Notes: generated by a model not told the origin, from the letters alone. Shown: positions 19,094 to 29,286, counted from the stretch's first letter. The stretch: 64,000 nucleotides of DNA from an uncultured Bacilli bacterium (GCA_934085565.1 CAKOHG010000005.1:25509-89508); one strand, 5' to 3'. Numbers and translations: made by a program.

Positions 19094-20005
19094 ATGAAAG
19101 TATTAATTATTGGTGCAGGTGTTCTAGGCTCTAACTTAGCTCATTCTTTAAAAAAGAGAAATGACGTGACGATTTTAGCCAGAAATGAAACTTATGAAAA
19201 TTTAAAAAATAATGGTTTAATTATAAAACATAAATTTAAGGGTAAAACAATTGACCATTTTAAAGTGATTGATAGACTTTTTGAAGATGATATTTATGAT
19301 GTCATATTTGTTGTTTCAAGATTTTCTTCTTTAGATAGCATAGTACCAATTATCGAGAAAAACAAAAGTAAAAATATAGTTTTCGTAGGAAATAATATAG
19401 ATGTCGAAAGATATATGAATATTAAAGATAAAAATGTTTTATTTGCTTTTTTCATGGCAGCAGGGAAAAAACAGGATGGTTATATAGATTCTATTTGTTT
19501 AAATAAGATTGAAATTGGAAGAGTAGATGGCAAAAACAAGGACGATGAGTTTATCAAATCTATCTTTAAAGGAACAAAAATAAAAGTAATTATCGAAAAC
19601 AAAATGAATGATTATCTTAAATCTCATGCGTGTGCTGTTTTACCTCTTGTATTTGCCTGTTACAAAGTAAAAGGTAATTTAAAACTATTAAAAAAAGATA
19701 AAGAATATTCTTTAAAAATCATGGACGCGATTATTGAAGAATATGATGTGTTAAAAAAATTAGGTTATGAAATTCTTCCTAAAGGAGAATATGAAAATTG
19801 TGTTAATAAGAAAAATTTATGTGCTTTTATTTATCGTTTTATGTTTTCTAATTTTATTGGTCAAATAGGTATATCAGATCATGCCATGAACGCTAAAGAA
19901 GAATTTTTACTTTTAGAAAGTGAATTTGAAAAGTTAAAGGAGAAAGCAAATCTTGAAACAAAAGTATATGATGAATTAAAGTTAGATTTTTTAAATGATA
20001 AATAA
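19094..20005 (+). CDS. ketopantoate reductase (PanE/ApbA) family oxidoreductase
   Basis: N-terminal Rossmann MKVLIIGAGVLGSNLA. Length and layout match the ApbA family. Confidence 0.5.
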   Translation: MKVLIIGAGVLGSNLAHSLKKRNDVTILARNETYENLKNNGLIIKHKFKGKTIDHFKVIDRLFEDDIYDVIFVVSRFSSLDSIVPIIEKNKSKNIVFVGNNIDVERYMNIKDKNVLFAFFMAAGKKQDGYIDSICLNKIEIGRVDGKNKDDEFIKSIFKGTKIKVIIENKMNDYLKSHACAVLPLVFACYKVKGNLKLLKKDKEYSLKIMDAIIEEYDVLKKLGYEILPKGEYENCVNKKNLCAFIYRFMFSNFIGQIGISDHAMNAKEEFLLLESEFEKLKEKANLETKVYDELKLDFLNDK

Positions 20006-20018
20006 AGAGGTATGAATA

Positions 20019-20516
20019 ATGATAAGATTTCGTTATTTTGAAACACATATAAAAGATGAAGAATATATGAATAAAATGAGTGTTAAAGGTTGGAATGCTA
20101 AAAAGTTAATAGAAGGATTTTGGCTATTTACCAAAAAAGAAGAGTATTCCTATACTTATCGTGTTTATTATTTTAGGGGCATGTCTAAAGAAGATGTTCA
20201 AAATAAAATCAAGGATCTTCAAAAAGAAAATATTGAATTTGTTTCTAAATATTCTTTTTGGGGTATTTTTAGAGCCAAGAAAGATTTTCAATTATATAAT
20301 AAAGAAGAACAATTAAAGATTTGTTATAAAATAAGAAAACCTATGATAATAGCCATTATTCTTTGTCCTATTTTGATTATCATGGGTATGATTTTAACCT
20401 CTGTTCATAAAATTTTTATACTTTTTACTTGTCTAATTTTAGTTTACTACCTTATTTGTGTATACCTTATGGTAGGGTATACCAAATTAATAAATTCTCT
20501 TAAAGAAACTAAGTAA
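20019..20516 (+). CDS. DUF2812-like membrane protein
   Basis: N-terminal F..F..D.EEYMNKMSVKGWNAKKL matches the DUF2812 signature. Two C-terminal TM helices. Confidence 0.45.
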   Translation: MIRFRYFETHIKDEEYMNKMSVKGWNAKKLIEGFWLFTKKEEYSYTYRVYYFRGMSKEDVQNKIKDLQKENIEFVSKYSFWGIFRAKKDFQLYNKEEQLKICYKIRKPMIIAIILCPILIIMGMILTSVHKIFILFTCLILVYYLICVYLMVGYTKLINSLKETK

Positions 20517-20574
20517 ATACTTTTTCTTTTAAAATGATTATGTTATATTAAATAGCAGAAAAAAGAGGTTTTGT

Positions 20575-21267
20575 ATGCATACATTAGGTTTAATATTTGC
20601 CATGGAAGAAGAAATGGCTGCTTTCATAAAGTATATAGAAGTGGATAAAGAATATAATATTTTTGATTTAACTTTTTTGGAAGGACATTATGCCAATTTA
20701 AAACTTATTTTAGCCAAGTGCGGTGTTGGAAAAGTAAATGCGGCTAGGTGTGCCCAAATTTTGATTGATAACATGAAAGTAGATGGGCTTATTAATATTG
20801 GCGTTGCCGGTGGTCTTACCGATGAACTAGAGATTGGTTCTTTAGTAATTGGTGAAAAATTAGTTCAACATGATTTTGATATCACTGCTTTTAATCATGA
20901 AAAAGGTTATATTCCTGATATTGGAGTTTATATGAATGCCGATGATTATTTAATTAAAAAAGCGGAAGAAACTTCTTTAAAGTATAATATTCCTATTTTT
21001 AAAGGGGTTATCGCTTCTGGCGATATTTTTTGCACAGACCCTAAAATGTCAAGCAAAATACATCAAAAATTTAAAGCTTTATGTACTGAGATGGAAGGAG
21101 CTAGTATCGCACAAATTGCTTATCTATCCCATATTCCATTTTTAATTATTCGAAGTATTTCTGACACTCCAAACGGTCATAACGAAAAGACTTATGAAGA
21201 ATTTTTAGAAGAATCTTGTGCCCACGTTGCGAATTACATGCTCCATTGTTTAGAAGAATTATCATAA
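20575..21267 (+). CDS. mtnN: 5'-methylthioadenosine/S-adenosylhomocysteine nucleosidase
   Basis: LGLIFAMEEE..., GVGKVNAA, and the PNP/UDP fold motif SISDTP. Confidence 0.85.
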   Translation: MHTLGLIFAMEEEMAAFIKYIEVDKEYNIFDLTFLEGHYANLKLILAKCGVGKVNAARCAQILIDNMKVDGLINIGVAGGLTDELEIGSLVIGEKLVQHDFDITAFNHEKGYIPDIGVYMNADDYLIKKAEETSLKYNIPIFKGVIASGDIFCTDPKMSSKIHQKFKALCTEMEGASIAQIAYLSHIPFLIIRSISDTPNGHNEKTYEEFLEESCAHVANYMLHCLEELS

Positions 21268-22638
21268 AAAAAGAATTTGCGAGATGATTTTTTCAATCAC
21301 TTTTGTAAATTCTTTTTGTCTTTTTTCCATTTCTTTTTCGGTTGTTGCTTCAAATCTTAAAGTAAGATTTGGTCCTGTATTACTAGCTCTTACTAAAACC
21401 CACGCATTGTCAAAATTAACTCTTACGCCATCAATATTTAAAAACTCGTAACGCATTTTTTTAACGTATTCACATACTTCGTCAACCACTTTAAATTTTT
21501 TATCATTGGCTACAGGTATTTTAATTTCTGGGGTAGAATAATAAACCGGAATATCTTTTAAAAGTTCACTAAAAGTTTTATCCGTTAAAGATAATATTTC
21601 TAAAAATCTTAAGCCAGCATAAATCGCACTACAAACTTCTGGACCACGATCATTAAAGAAGATGTGTCCCGATAATTCTCCACCTAATGGGATATGATGC
21701 TCTTTCGTATTGGCTTCCGTGAAACTTGTTCCGGTACGACTCATGAAAATTTTGCCACCTAGTTTTTCCGTTTCATCAATTAAAGCTTTAGAGCACTTTA
21801 CATCACATAGAAAAGTTTTGTTAGAAACTTTTTGAATCATATCGCGAATAGCTACAATCATATATTTATCTGCCATGACAAAACTTCCATTTTCATCAAT
21901 AATACCTAAACGATCGCCATCGCCATCATAAGCAATTCCAATGTCTGCTTTTACTTCTTTCACTTTATCTTTTAACATTTGCATGTTTTCTTCAACCGCA
22001 GGATCGGGATGATGATTTGGAAATGTTCCATCACTTTCGGCACAGATGTAAGTTACGTCAAGATTAGAAAACATTTCATGAACTTGGTTTACAATAGTTG
22101 ATGTAACACCATTACCAGGATCAATAACAACTTTGATTTTTTTATCACCCATATGGATGTTATCTTTTAGATATTTTAAATAGTCATCTAAAATATTTCT
22201 TTCCTCTAAAATACCTTGACCTGTTTTGAAATTATTTTGTAAAGTATAATTTTTAAAATCTTCAATCATATCGCCACGTGCATTAGCAAGGCTATCAAAA
22301 GAAAATTTAAAACCGTTATCATCTTTAGGATTATGACTCGCGGTTACCATGATACCATAAGTATTTTCTTTGTAGCGTGTGTAGTAATGCATAGGAGTTG
22401 TTATTAAGCCATAATCAATCACATTAATACCTGATTCTAATAGACCTTTTTTTAAAGATTCTGTTAGGCTTGGTGAGGAAAGACGATTATCATGTCCAAT
22501 AACACATTTATTTTTATCACAAAATTCTTGTAAATAACTTCCATAACTTTTGCCAATTAGATAGGCAACATCTTCATTTACTTCTGTTGGGTAATTTCCC
22601 CTTATATCATAAGCTTTGAATACACTTTCGTTAATCAT
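21262..22638 (-). CDS. phosphomannomutase/phosphoglucomutase (alpha-D-phosphohexomutase family)
   Basis: Active-site TASHNP, metal loop DGDGDRLG, sugar-binding GGELSGH. 458 aa. Confidence 0.85.
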   Translation of the reverse strand: MINESVFKAYDIRGNYPTEVNEDVAYLIGKSYGSYLQEFCDKNKCVIGHDNRLSSPSLTESLKKGLLESGINVIDYGLITTPMHYYTRYKENTYGIMVTASHNPKDDNGFKFSFDSLANARGDMIEDFKNYTLQNNFKTGQGILEERNILDDYLKYLKDNIHMGDKKIKVVIDPGNGVTSTIVNQVHEMFSNLDVTYICAESDGTFPNHHPDPAVEENMQMLKDKVKEVKADIGIAYDGDGDRLGIIDENGSFVMADKYMIVAIRDMIQKVSNKTFLCDVKCSKALIDETEKLGGKIFMSRTGTSFTEANTKEHHIPLGGELSGHIFFNDRGPEVCSAIYAGLRFLEILSLTDKTFSELLKDIPVYYSTPEIKIPVANDKKFKVVDEVCEYVKKMRYEFLNIDGVRVNFDNAWVLVRASNTGPNLTLRFEATTEKEMEKRQKEFTKVIEKIISQILFL

Positions 22639-22754
22639 TTGCCACCTCTTTCTATCATATTCATTTTAGCACAGATTTATCCAGTGTCAAACAAGGATAT
22701 TTTTATTTGACACTTTGATTGTTTTGCTATATTCTTAAAGTGTGAGGGATATTT

Positions 22755-23354
22755 ATGGAAAGATTAAATGAAGAAAGTGTAAGGCTCGTTCAACAAAATC
22801 GTGAATCTTATAAAAAAATGTTAGAAAGATCACGTCGTGATCATGAAATACAAAAACGTTATAATAAACAAATACACGAGAATAAAAAACAGCAATTTAA
22901 AAAGGCAGTAGCTTTCTTTTTAGCAGGAGCCGTATGTGCGACTGTTTTAACTGGGGTTAATAAAATACAATCAGAGTTTGAAAAAAGTGCTAAATTTCAA
23001 ACCTATTATGATGATGGAGATTATATTATTCGTCAAAATACTTATCGTGTAAATCCAACCGAAACTGGAGTAGCTTATCATAATGATAAAATAGCTAAAG
23101 AGATTTTGAAAAATGAAGAAAGCTGTCATGAAAAAAAGAGAGAAGATGACACGAAGTATCTCATCGCCGGCGTCAGCGAAGCTATGCCTTATAATAGAAC
23201 ATATAACATGAATCAAGTTATTTCCCATTTAAACAATGAAGATTTTAAAAATTGGGAGGAATATCTTGCTTATTTAGGATATGATTCTTATGAAGAATAT
23301 ATTGCAGGAATCAAAGATGAATTAGGTGCAAAAAATAATGGGAGAAGATCATAA
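22755..23354 (+). CDS. hypothetical protein with a single TM anchor
   Basis: Charged N-terminus, TM helix AVAFFLAGAVCATVLTG. No recognised domain. Confidence 0.45.
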   Translation: MERLNEESVRLVQQNRESYKKMLERSRRDHEIQKRYNKQIHENKKQQFKKAVAFFLAGAVCATVLTGVNKIQSEFEKSAKFQTYYDDGDYIIRQNTYRVNPTETGVAYHNDKIAKEILKNEESCHEKKREDDTKYLIAGVSEAMPYNRTYNMNQVISHLNNEDFKNWEEYLAYLGYDSYEEYIAGIKDELGAKNNGRRS

Positions 23355-23356
23355 TT

Positions 23357-23572
23357 ATGGAAGTTACGGTATTTACTTTAGAAGATGGAAATTATTGTGT
23401 TTTAGATAAGATAACTTATCAAGATAAAACTTACCTTTATTTATTTAAAGAAGATGAACCAGAAGTTACTCTTATTCAAGAATATGAAAAGGATTCTAAA
23501 AATTTAAAAAGCGTTTCAGAAGAAACATTTAATATTTTGCTCCAAGAATTTGCTAAACGTCATGCGAAGTAA
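23357..23572 (+). CDS. small DUF1292-like protein
   Basis: 71 aa. The TLEDGNYCVLDKITYQDKTYLYLFKEDE pattern resembles DUF1292. Confidence 0.35.
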   Translation: MEVTVFTLEDGNYCVLDKITYQDKTYLYLFKEDEPEVTLIQEYEKDSKNLKSVSEETFNILLQEFAKRHAK

Positions 23573-23631
23573 AAATTTACTTCTTTTTTTTTGCTCTAAA
23601 CCATAAACTGTTTTAGAGAGGATGAGAAAAA

Positions 23632-24375
23632 ATGAAAAGTGTGATACCTTTTACTAAAAATTTAGAGTTTAAAACGAAGATTAGTGAAATTACGAGTATT
23701 TCCCTAGAAAGAGAATTTAAACTAGAAAAAGAAGAAATTACTGGTAATTTATTTGTGACTGGGGAATATAAAAGTCATGATATCAGTGCCAATGTGTTAC
23801 CTTTTTCTTACAAAATACCTTTTACTATTGAAGTGCCAGATAACATAAAAAAAGAGGATTTAACTTTAGAAATTACAGATTTTGCTTATGATATTCAAAG
23901 TGATAAAGAAATAACGGTCAATGTGGAATTAGAACTATGTTATTCTTTGGAGGAAAAAGAAGAAGAGGAAGAAACTCCTCCACTTGTTAACAGTGACGAA
24001 ATGATCGCTATGATGGAAGAAAGAAATGAATCTTCTGATGAGATAAAGGATGAAGTAAAAGAAGAATTTATTGAACCAGAAATAAAAAAAGAGATTGAAA
24101 AAGAAGTCCCTATTGAAACTAAAGAAGAGGAACCATCTGAAGTAGAAGAGAAAAAAACAGAAAATAGAAACGAAAGTGAAGATCTTATTATGAATACAGC
24201 TTTAAATGATGATGAATATACAACTTACCATATTCATATTGTTAAAGAAGGCGAGACCGTTGAAACTATTTGTAGTCTTTATAATACCAATCTTAATTTT
24301 ATAAAAAATTATAATGATGTAGAAAATTTGACTTTAGGTTCTAAAATAATTATTCCTACTGATGATGAATCGTAA
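23632..24375 (+). CDS. SpoVID-like spore coat assembly protein (SPOCS-type N-domain plus C-terminal LysM)
   Basis: N-terminal ..ITSISLEREFKLEKEEITGNLFVTGEY aligns with B. subtilis SpoVID ..LLSISLDPDIRVQEV..LELTGEY. Acidic linker. C-terminal LysM (YHIHIVKEGETVETICSLYNTNLNFIKNYN...IIIP). Confidence 0.55.
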   Translation: MKSVIPFTKNLEFKTKISEITSISLEREFKLEKEEITGNLFVTGEYKSHDISANVLPFSYKIPFTIEVPDNIKKEDLTLEITDFAYDIQSDKEITVNVELELCYSLEEKEEEEETPPLVNSDEMIAMMEERNESSDEIKDEVKEEFIEPEIKKEIEKEVPIETKEEEPSEVEEKKTENRNESEDLIMNTALNDDEYTTYHIHIVKEGETVETICSLYNTNLNFIKNYNDVENLTLGSKIIIPTDDES

Positions 24376-25249
24376 AAGTCTTGATGTTTTAAAAGAAATT
24401 TATAAACCAACAAAGATAACTTGGAAAAATAAAGCCTTAGTTTTAGAATCTACAAGTGGTAATTTTGTGGTTAAAGAAAAAAAGGAGGATATAAGAAAAT
24501 TATACGATTATTTAAATAGTCGTAGTTTTACTTATTTTCCTCCTTTAATAGATGATACAAGAGAAGATATTAATGTTTTTTCTTATGTCAAAGAAAGCTA
24601 TGCTCCAAAAGAACAAAAAGCTTTAGATCTTATTAAAATGATTGCTCTTTTACATCAAAAGACGACTTATTATAAAGATGTCACAAGTGATGAATATAAA
24701 AAAATTTATGATGAGTTAAAAGAGCAAATAGTATATATTCGTTACTATTATGAAAATTTATATCAAGAATTTTTTGAAAAAATATACCCCAGTCCAAGTG
24801 AATATTTTTTACTTACCAATATTTCTAAAATTTTGGCTTCTTTAAATTATTCAGAAGACAGTTTAGAAAAATGGTATGATATGGTTAAAGATAAAACAAA
24901 ATATCGAGTATGCCAAATTCATAATAATTTATCTCTTGATCATGTGAGAGAAAACTGCCTGATAAGTTGGGAACATGCTCGTAAAGATACGCCAATTTTA
25001 GACTTAATTAAATTTTATAAAAAATCTTATTTTGAACTTAATTTTGAACCGCTTTTGAATACGTATTTAAAATTAAATCCTTTAGCAAAAGAAGAGGAAG
25101 ATCTTTTATTTTTAACACTGGCTATTCCTCCAAAAGTAGAGTTTTCTTATGAAGAATTTGAAAGTGTTAAAAATATTAGAAAAACATTAGATTATATTTA
25201 CAAAACAGAAAATTTAATAAGGCCATACAATACGATAAAGAAAGAATAA
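24362..25249 (+). CDS. CotS/YsxE-like spore-coat protein (kinase-like fold, degenerate catalytic motif)
   Basis: IHNNLSLDHV...SWEHA...ILDL resembles the APH/CotS HGD..N / DFE motifs in degenerate form. It sits immediately downstream of the spoVID-like gene, as in the B. subtilis spoVID-ysxE operon. Confidence 0.45.
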   Translation: MMNRKSLDVLKEIYKPTKITWKNKALVLESTSGNFVVKEKKEDIRKLYDYLNSRSFTYFPPLIDDTREDINVFSYVKESYAPKEQKALDLIKMIALLHQKTTYYKDVTSDEYKKIYDELKEQIVYIRYYYENLYQEFFEKIYPSPSEYFLLTNISKILASLNYSEDSLEKWYDMVKDKTKYRVCQIHNNLSLDHVRENCLISWEHARKDTPILDLIKFYKKSYFELNFEPLLNTYLKLNPLAKEEEDLLFLTLAIPPKVEFSYEEFESVKNIRKTLDYIYKTENLIRPYNTIKKE

Positions 25250-25387
25250 AAGAAGTAAAAATTCAACGAGTAAAATAAATATATTAAAACGTAAAGGCAA
25301 AATAAGGGTAATGATTACTTGATAAAAAATAAGTACCCCTAAAACAAAGACAGCAAGAACGTTTAGAAAAGAATTATGTGGTTTCAT
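25214..25387 (-). CDS. possible 57-aa hydrophobic peptide
   Basis: ATG preceded by AGGTGA. MKPHNSFLNVLAVFVLGVLIFYQVIITLILPLRFNIFILLVEFLLLLFFLYRIVWPY. It overlaps the 3' end of the 24362 gene by 36 nt. Below the ORF-track cutoff. Confidence 0.25.
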   Translation of the reverse strand: MKPHNSFLNVLAVFVLGVLIFYQVIITLILPLRFNIFILLVEFLLLLFFLYRIVWPY

Positions 25388-25450
25388 ACGATCACCTATT
25401 TATAATTTATGACATATCCTGTCGAAGGGTTAACTAATTGCAAAATATTC

Positions 25451-25479
25451 TTGCAAAAATATGGTCAATGTTATATAAT
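25451..25479 (+). promoter_or_regulatory. sigma-A type promoter TTGCAA-17-TATAAT upstream of the pilin-like gene
   Basis: Read directly at 25451-25456 and 25474-25479. Confidence 0.55.
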
Positions 25480-25506
25480 TTTTACATGAATAGGAGAGAA
25501 TGTTGT

Positions 25507-25998
25507 ATGAACGATGTGAAAGTATTAAACAAGAAAGGTTTTACTTTAATCGAACTTTTAGCTGTTATTATCATTTTAGCCGTTTTGATGATGCTTGCTG
25601 GTAATAGTGTTATTAATATTATGATGAACACTCGTCGTAGTGCTTTCCGTACAGAATTTTTGGCATTACTTGACTCAGCTCAGTTAAAAGCTCAAACAGA
25701 TATGTTAGGCGGTAAAGAATTACAAAAAGGTGGTTCTACGGTTTGTTATTGTATAGGATCTGCTTGCTCTAGTTCTAGCAAAAAACTTGATACTTTTGAT
25801 AATAAAGGAGATTACACTGGTAGTGTTTTAGTAACCAATAATGGTAGTGGTGCTTTAACATTTAAAGGTTGGATGTACAGTAGTAGTTATGCTATTGAAG
25901 ACAAAGATTCAAGTGTTAAAGATGATTCTACTGATGTTATTGACGTATCTACTGCTAAAGTAACGACAGACGCTAAACGTATGGCATGTAATAAATAA
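25507..25998 (+). CDS. type IV pilin / pseudopilin-like protein (prepilin N-terminal methylation domain)
   Basis: KKGFTLIELLAVIIILAVL class III signal at the N-terminus. RBS AGGAGAG. The upstream in-frame extension from 25438 is unlikely. Confidence 0.7.
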   Translation: MNDVKVLNKKGFTLIELLAVIIILAVLMMLAGNSVINIMMNTRRSAFRTEFLALLDSAQLKAQTDMLGGKELQKGGSTVCYCIGSACSSSSKKLDTFDNKGDYTGSVLVTNNGSGALTFKGWMYSSSYAIEDKDSSVKDDSTDVIDVSTAKVTTDAKRMACNK

Positions 25999-26058
25999 AA
26001 GTCTAGAAATAGACTTTTTCTTTTGCTATAATTTTAAGTATGAGAAAGAAGTGATGAT

Positions 26059-26964
26059 ATGTTAATCATTGGCAGTCACGTTGGTTTTAATAGTAAAGAT
26101 GGTTTACTTGGAAGTGTCAAAGAAGCTTTAAGCTACCATGCTAATACCTTTATGTTTTATACTGGAGCACCTCAAAATACTATTAGAAAAGAAATAGATG
26201 AAAAGACAACCAAAGAAGCTCATGCACTAATGGAAGAAAATAATATCAATATTCAAAATGTTATTTGTCATGCTCCCTATATTATTAATTTAGCTAATCG
26301 TAAAGATGAACAAAAATGGCATTTTAGTATCGACTTTTTAAAAGGAGAACTTAAAAGATGTGATTTATTAGGCATCAAATATTTAGTTTTACATCCTGGC
26401 AGTGCTGTTGGTTTACCCAAAGAAGAAGCTTTACAAAATATTAAAGATGGCTTAAATGAAGTGTTAAAAGATAATTTCAATTGTTTAATTTTACTCGAAA
26501 CAATGGCTGGCAAAGGTACCGAATGTGGAACCAATTTAGAAGAAATCAAATACTTAGTTGATAATACTTCTTATCCTGTTGGAGTATGTCTAGATATCTG
26601 TCACTTAAATGACTCAGGAATTGACATGAGTAAATTTGATGAATATTTAAATGCTTTTGATGAAAAAATTGGACTTGACAAAGTAAAATGTGTTCATATT
26701 AATGATAGTAAAAATGTAATCGGTTCTCATAAAGACCGTCATGAAAATATTGGTTATGGTACCATTGGTTTTGAAAATATTCTAAACATTATCTATAACG
26801 AACGCTTAAAAGACATTCCTAAAATTTTAGAAACGCCTTATGTGGGGGAAACTTTAGAAGATAAAAAACGAATTTATCCTCCATATCTTTTTGAAATCAA
26901 AATGATACGTGAAAAAAAGTTTGATGAAAATCTTTTCAATCATATCCATGAATATTATAAATAA
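26059..26964 (+). CDS. nfo: endonuclease IV (AP endonuclease, TIM barrel)
   Basis: LLGSHVGF, ETMAGKGTE and HLNDS metal-binding motifs. 301 aa. Confidence 0.9.
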   Translation: MLIIGSHVGFNSKDGLLGSVKEALSYHANTFMFYTGAPQNTIRKEIDEKTTKEAHALMEENNINIQNVICHAPYIINLANRKDEQKWHFSIDFLKGELKRCDLLGIKYLVLHPGSAVGLPKEEALQNIKDGLNEVLKDNFNCLILLETMAGKGTECGTNLEEIKYLVDNTSYPVGVCLDICHLNDSGIDMSKFDEYLNAFDEKIGLDKVKCVHINDSKNVIGSHKDRHENIGYGTIGFENILNIIYNERLKDIPKILETPYVGETLEDKKRIYPPYLFEIKMIREKKFDENLFNHIHEYYK

Positions 26965-27215
26965 TGACCATATTTTTGATAATACATCTGATATAACTTT
27001 TGAATTTTGATAAAGTTTTCTTCAGAATAACGATCTTTAAAACGATCAAAATTTAACAAATTGGGATTTCTTAAAATTTTATCCCAATTTTTTTTGACGA
27101 AAAGATACGTAAAATCAAGTTCTTCCTCACTCAAAGAAACATTATTTTTGATAGCAAAATTTAAGACATCTTCTTTTTTTAACCTTTCCATATAACGGGC
27201 TATTAAATTAAACAT
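26955..27215 (-). CDS. small hypothetical protein (DUF2624-like)
   Basis: Start MFNLIARYMERL behind AGGTGA. The longer annotated ORF extension would overlap the PBP gene, so the shorter start is preferred. Confidence 0.4.
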   Translation of the reverse strand: MFNLIARYMERLKKEDVLNFAIKNNVSLSEEELDFTYLFVKKNWDKILRNPNLLNFDRFKDRYSEENFIKIQKLYQMYYQKYGHYL

Positions 27216-27276
27216 AACATCACCTAAAATATTGTATGAAAAAATAAAAAAAATTAATACTAATAAGGGTGATAAC

Positions 27277-29160
27277 ATGAAAGTAAAATTATTATTAGTT
27301 GCTTTTTTCAGCATTTTTATTTTTCAAATTTACCAAATCAATCATGAAAATCACTTATATTATGAAACAAAATTAAAAGAAAAAACAGAACGGATTATTT
27401 TAGGAGAAAGTCCTAAAAGAGGAAGAATTTTAGATGTCAATGGGAAAGTTCTTGTAGATAATAAAGAAGTTTATAATATTTCTTATCATAAAAATTATAA
27501 AGCTACTATCAAAGATGAATTAGAGATAGCCCAAAAATTAAGTTCCTTTGTAGATACTTATTCTTTATCAACCACTGATTTAAAAAACTATTATTTAGCT
27601 TTAAATAATAATGGCAGTGACTTAATCAGTAAAGATGAGAAAAAGCTTTATGATATGCATAAAATAAGTGGAGAAGAAATATCCCAAATGAAATGGGATC
27701 GTATTACCGATGAAATGATTAATTATGATGAAGAAAATAAAAAAACAGCCTACTTATTTCTAAAAATGCAAAATGGATACAGTTATCAAGATAAAGTCCT
27801 TTTTAAAAATGTTCCACCAGAGTTTATAGAAAAGATAAATGCTTTAGAAATTTCTTCTTTATTTCAAACAATTTCTTATGAAAGAACTTATCCTTATGAA
27901 GAAACTTTGCTTTCAATTTTTGGAAGTGTAGGAAATATATCAAAAGAAAAACTAACAAGTTATTTAAAAAAAGGTTATGCTCTTTCAGATATAGTAGGAA
28001 CAAGTGGTTTAGAAGAACAATATGAAGATATTTTAAAAGGAGAAAAAGGTGAATATTTCATCAATAGTGATAATACTTTGACGGAGGTTAAAGAAAGTCA
28101 AAGTGGTAATGATATTACTTTAAATTTAGATATAGATGTTCAATTAGAACTAGAAAAAGTGATGAAAGAAGAAATGTTAAAAGCCTCTAAAAGAAATTCG
28201 GCTAAATATTTTAATGAAGCCTATGCCATGGTAGGTAACCCCATGACTGGGGGAATTATTGCCCTTACTGGATTAAAAAAAACAAATGATACTTTCACAG
28301 ATATTACAATTACTGCTTTTACGTCTTCTTATGCGATGGGAAGTGTCGTTAAAGGAGCTTCAAATACAGTTGGCTATTTGTCTGGAGCAATAGAGGTCGG
28401 TAAAAAAATAAAAGATAGTTGTGTAAAACTTTATTCAGAGCCAAGTAAATGTTCTTATAAAAGATTAGGCTATGTCGATGATATTACCGCTTTAAAAACA
28501 TCTTCTAATTACTTTCAATTTCTAACGGCTATTTCCTCCACGGGGCAAAAATATCGTTACAACATGAAATTTGATGTGACCGAAGAGGACTTTAAGCGTT
28601 ATCGAGATACGTTTGCTTCTTATGGTTTAGGCGCTAAAACAAGTATTGATTATCCTTTAGAACAAACAGGAATGAAAGGTACGAAAGTCGCGGGAGATTT
28701 ACTTTTAAATTTAGCGATTGGTCAATATGACACTTATACTCCGATTAGTTTACTACAATATATCAATACGTTAGCTAACTATGGTAATCGTTATGCCTTA
28801 AGATTCAAAAAAGAAGATTACAATACTTTTTTAAATCAAATTGCTTTAGATGAAGCCTATTATAATCGTATCACCGAAGGGCTTTACGAGGTTTTTCACG
28901 GAGGTACGGCTTCCAGTTATGTTAACAAAAATAAAAACGCAGTTGGTAAAACTGGGACAAGTGAAACCTTTTATGATAGTGATAATGATGGGGTTGTAGA
29001 TAAAGAAGTTATTAATTCTACGGTTGCCTTTTATTACCCTAGAGAAAGTCCTCGTTATAGTGTTGTTGTCGTTGCGCCTTTTCTAACCGATGATGGTAAC
29101 TTTATGTATCCTTTTACCAAAAATGTAAGTTTACATATGACAAATTATTTATCTGTGTAA
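27277..29160 (+). CDS. penicillin-binding protein 2-type transpeptidase
   Basis: N-terminal TM, RGRILDVNGKVL dimerisation-domain hallmark, SxxK (GSVVK), SSN and KTGT motifs. Confidence 0.8.
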   Translation: MKVKLLLVAFFSIFIFQIYQINHENHLYYETKLKEKTERIILGESPKRGRILDVNGKVLVDNKEVYNISYHKNYKATIKDELEIAQKLSSFVDTYSLSTTDLKNYYLALNNNGSDLISKDEKKLYDMHKISGEEISQMKWDRITDEMINYDEENKKTAYLFLKMQNGYSYQDKVLFKNVPPEFIEKINALEISSLFQTISYERTYPYEETLLSIFGSVGNISKEKLTSYLKKGYALSDIVGTSGLEEQYEDILKGEKGEYFINSDNTLTEVKESQSGNDITLNLDIDVQLELEKVMKEEMLKASKRNSAKYFNEAYAMVGNPMTGGIIALTGLKKTNDTFTDITITAFTSSYAMGSVVKGASNTVGYLSGAIEVGKKIKDSCVKLYSEPSKCSYKRLGYVDDITALKTSSNYFQFLTAISSTGQKYRYNMKFDVTEEDFKRYRDTFASYGLGAKTSIDYPLEQTGMKGTKVAGDLLLNLAIGQYDTYTPISLLQYINTLANYGNRYALRFKKEDYNTFLNQIALDEAYYNRITEGLYEVFHGGTASSYVNKNKNAVGKTGTSETFYDSDNDGVVDKEVINSTVAFYYPRESPRYSVVVVAPFLTDDGNFMYPFTKNVSLHMTNYLSV

Positions 29161-29218
29161 AAAAGTGTCTAATAGACGTCAAATGCTTAAAAAAATTGAT
29201 TTTTTGCTCATAAAAAAA

Positions 29219-29272
29219 AGGAAATCCATGATTTTTCTGGAATATATAAGTAGAAGGTAAAATTACTTTCTA
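29219..29272 (+). promoter_or_regulatory. conserved upstream element copy C plus hairpin (AGAAGGTA-N4-TACTTTCT)
   Basis: GGAAATCCATGATTTTTCTGGAATATATAAGTAGAAGG followed by the hairpin and RBS. It precedes the ATG at 29287. Confidence 0.5.
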
Positions 29273-29286
29273 AGAAAGGATGACTT

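Noticed and set aside
22971-23228. Minus-strand ORF 22971-23228
   Set aside because: Antisense within the 22755-23354 gene.
26277-26549. Minus-strand ORF 26277-26549
   Set aside because: Antisense within nfo.
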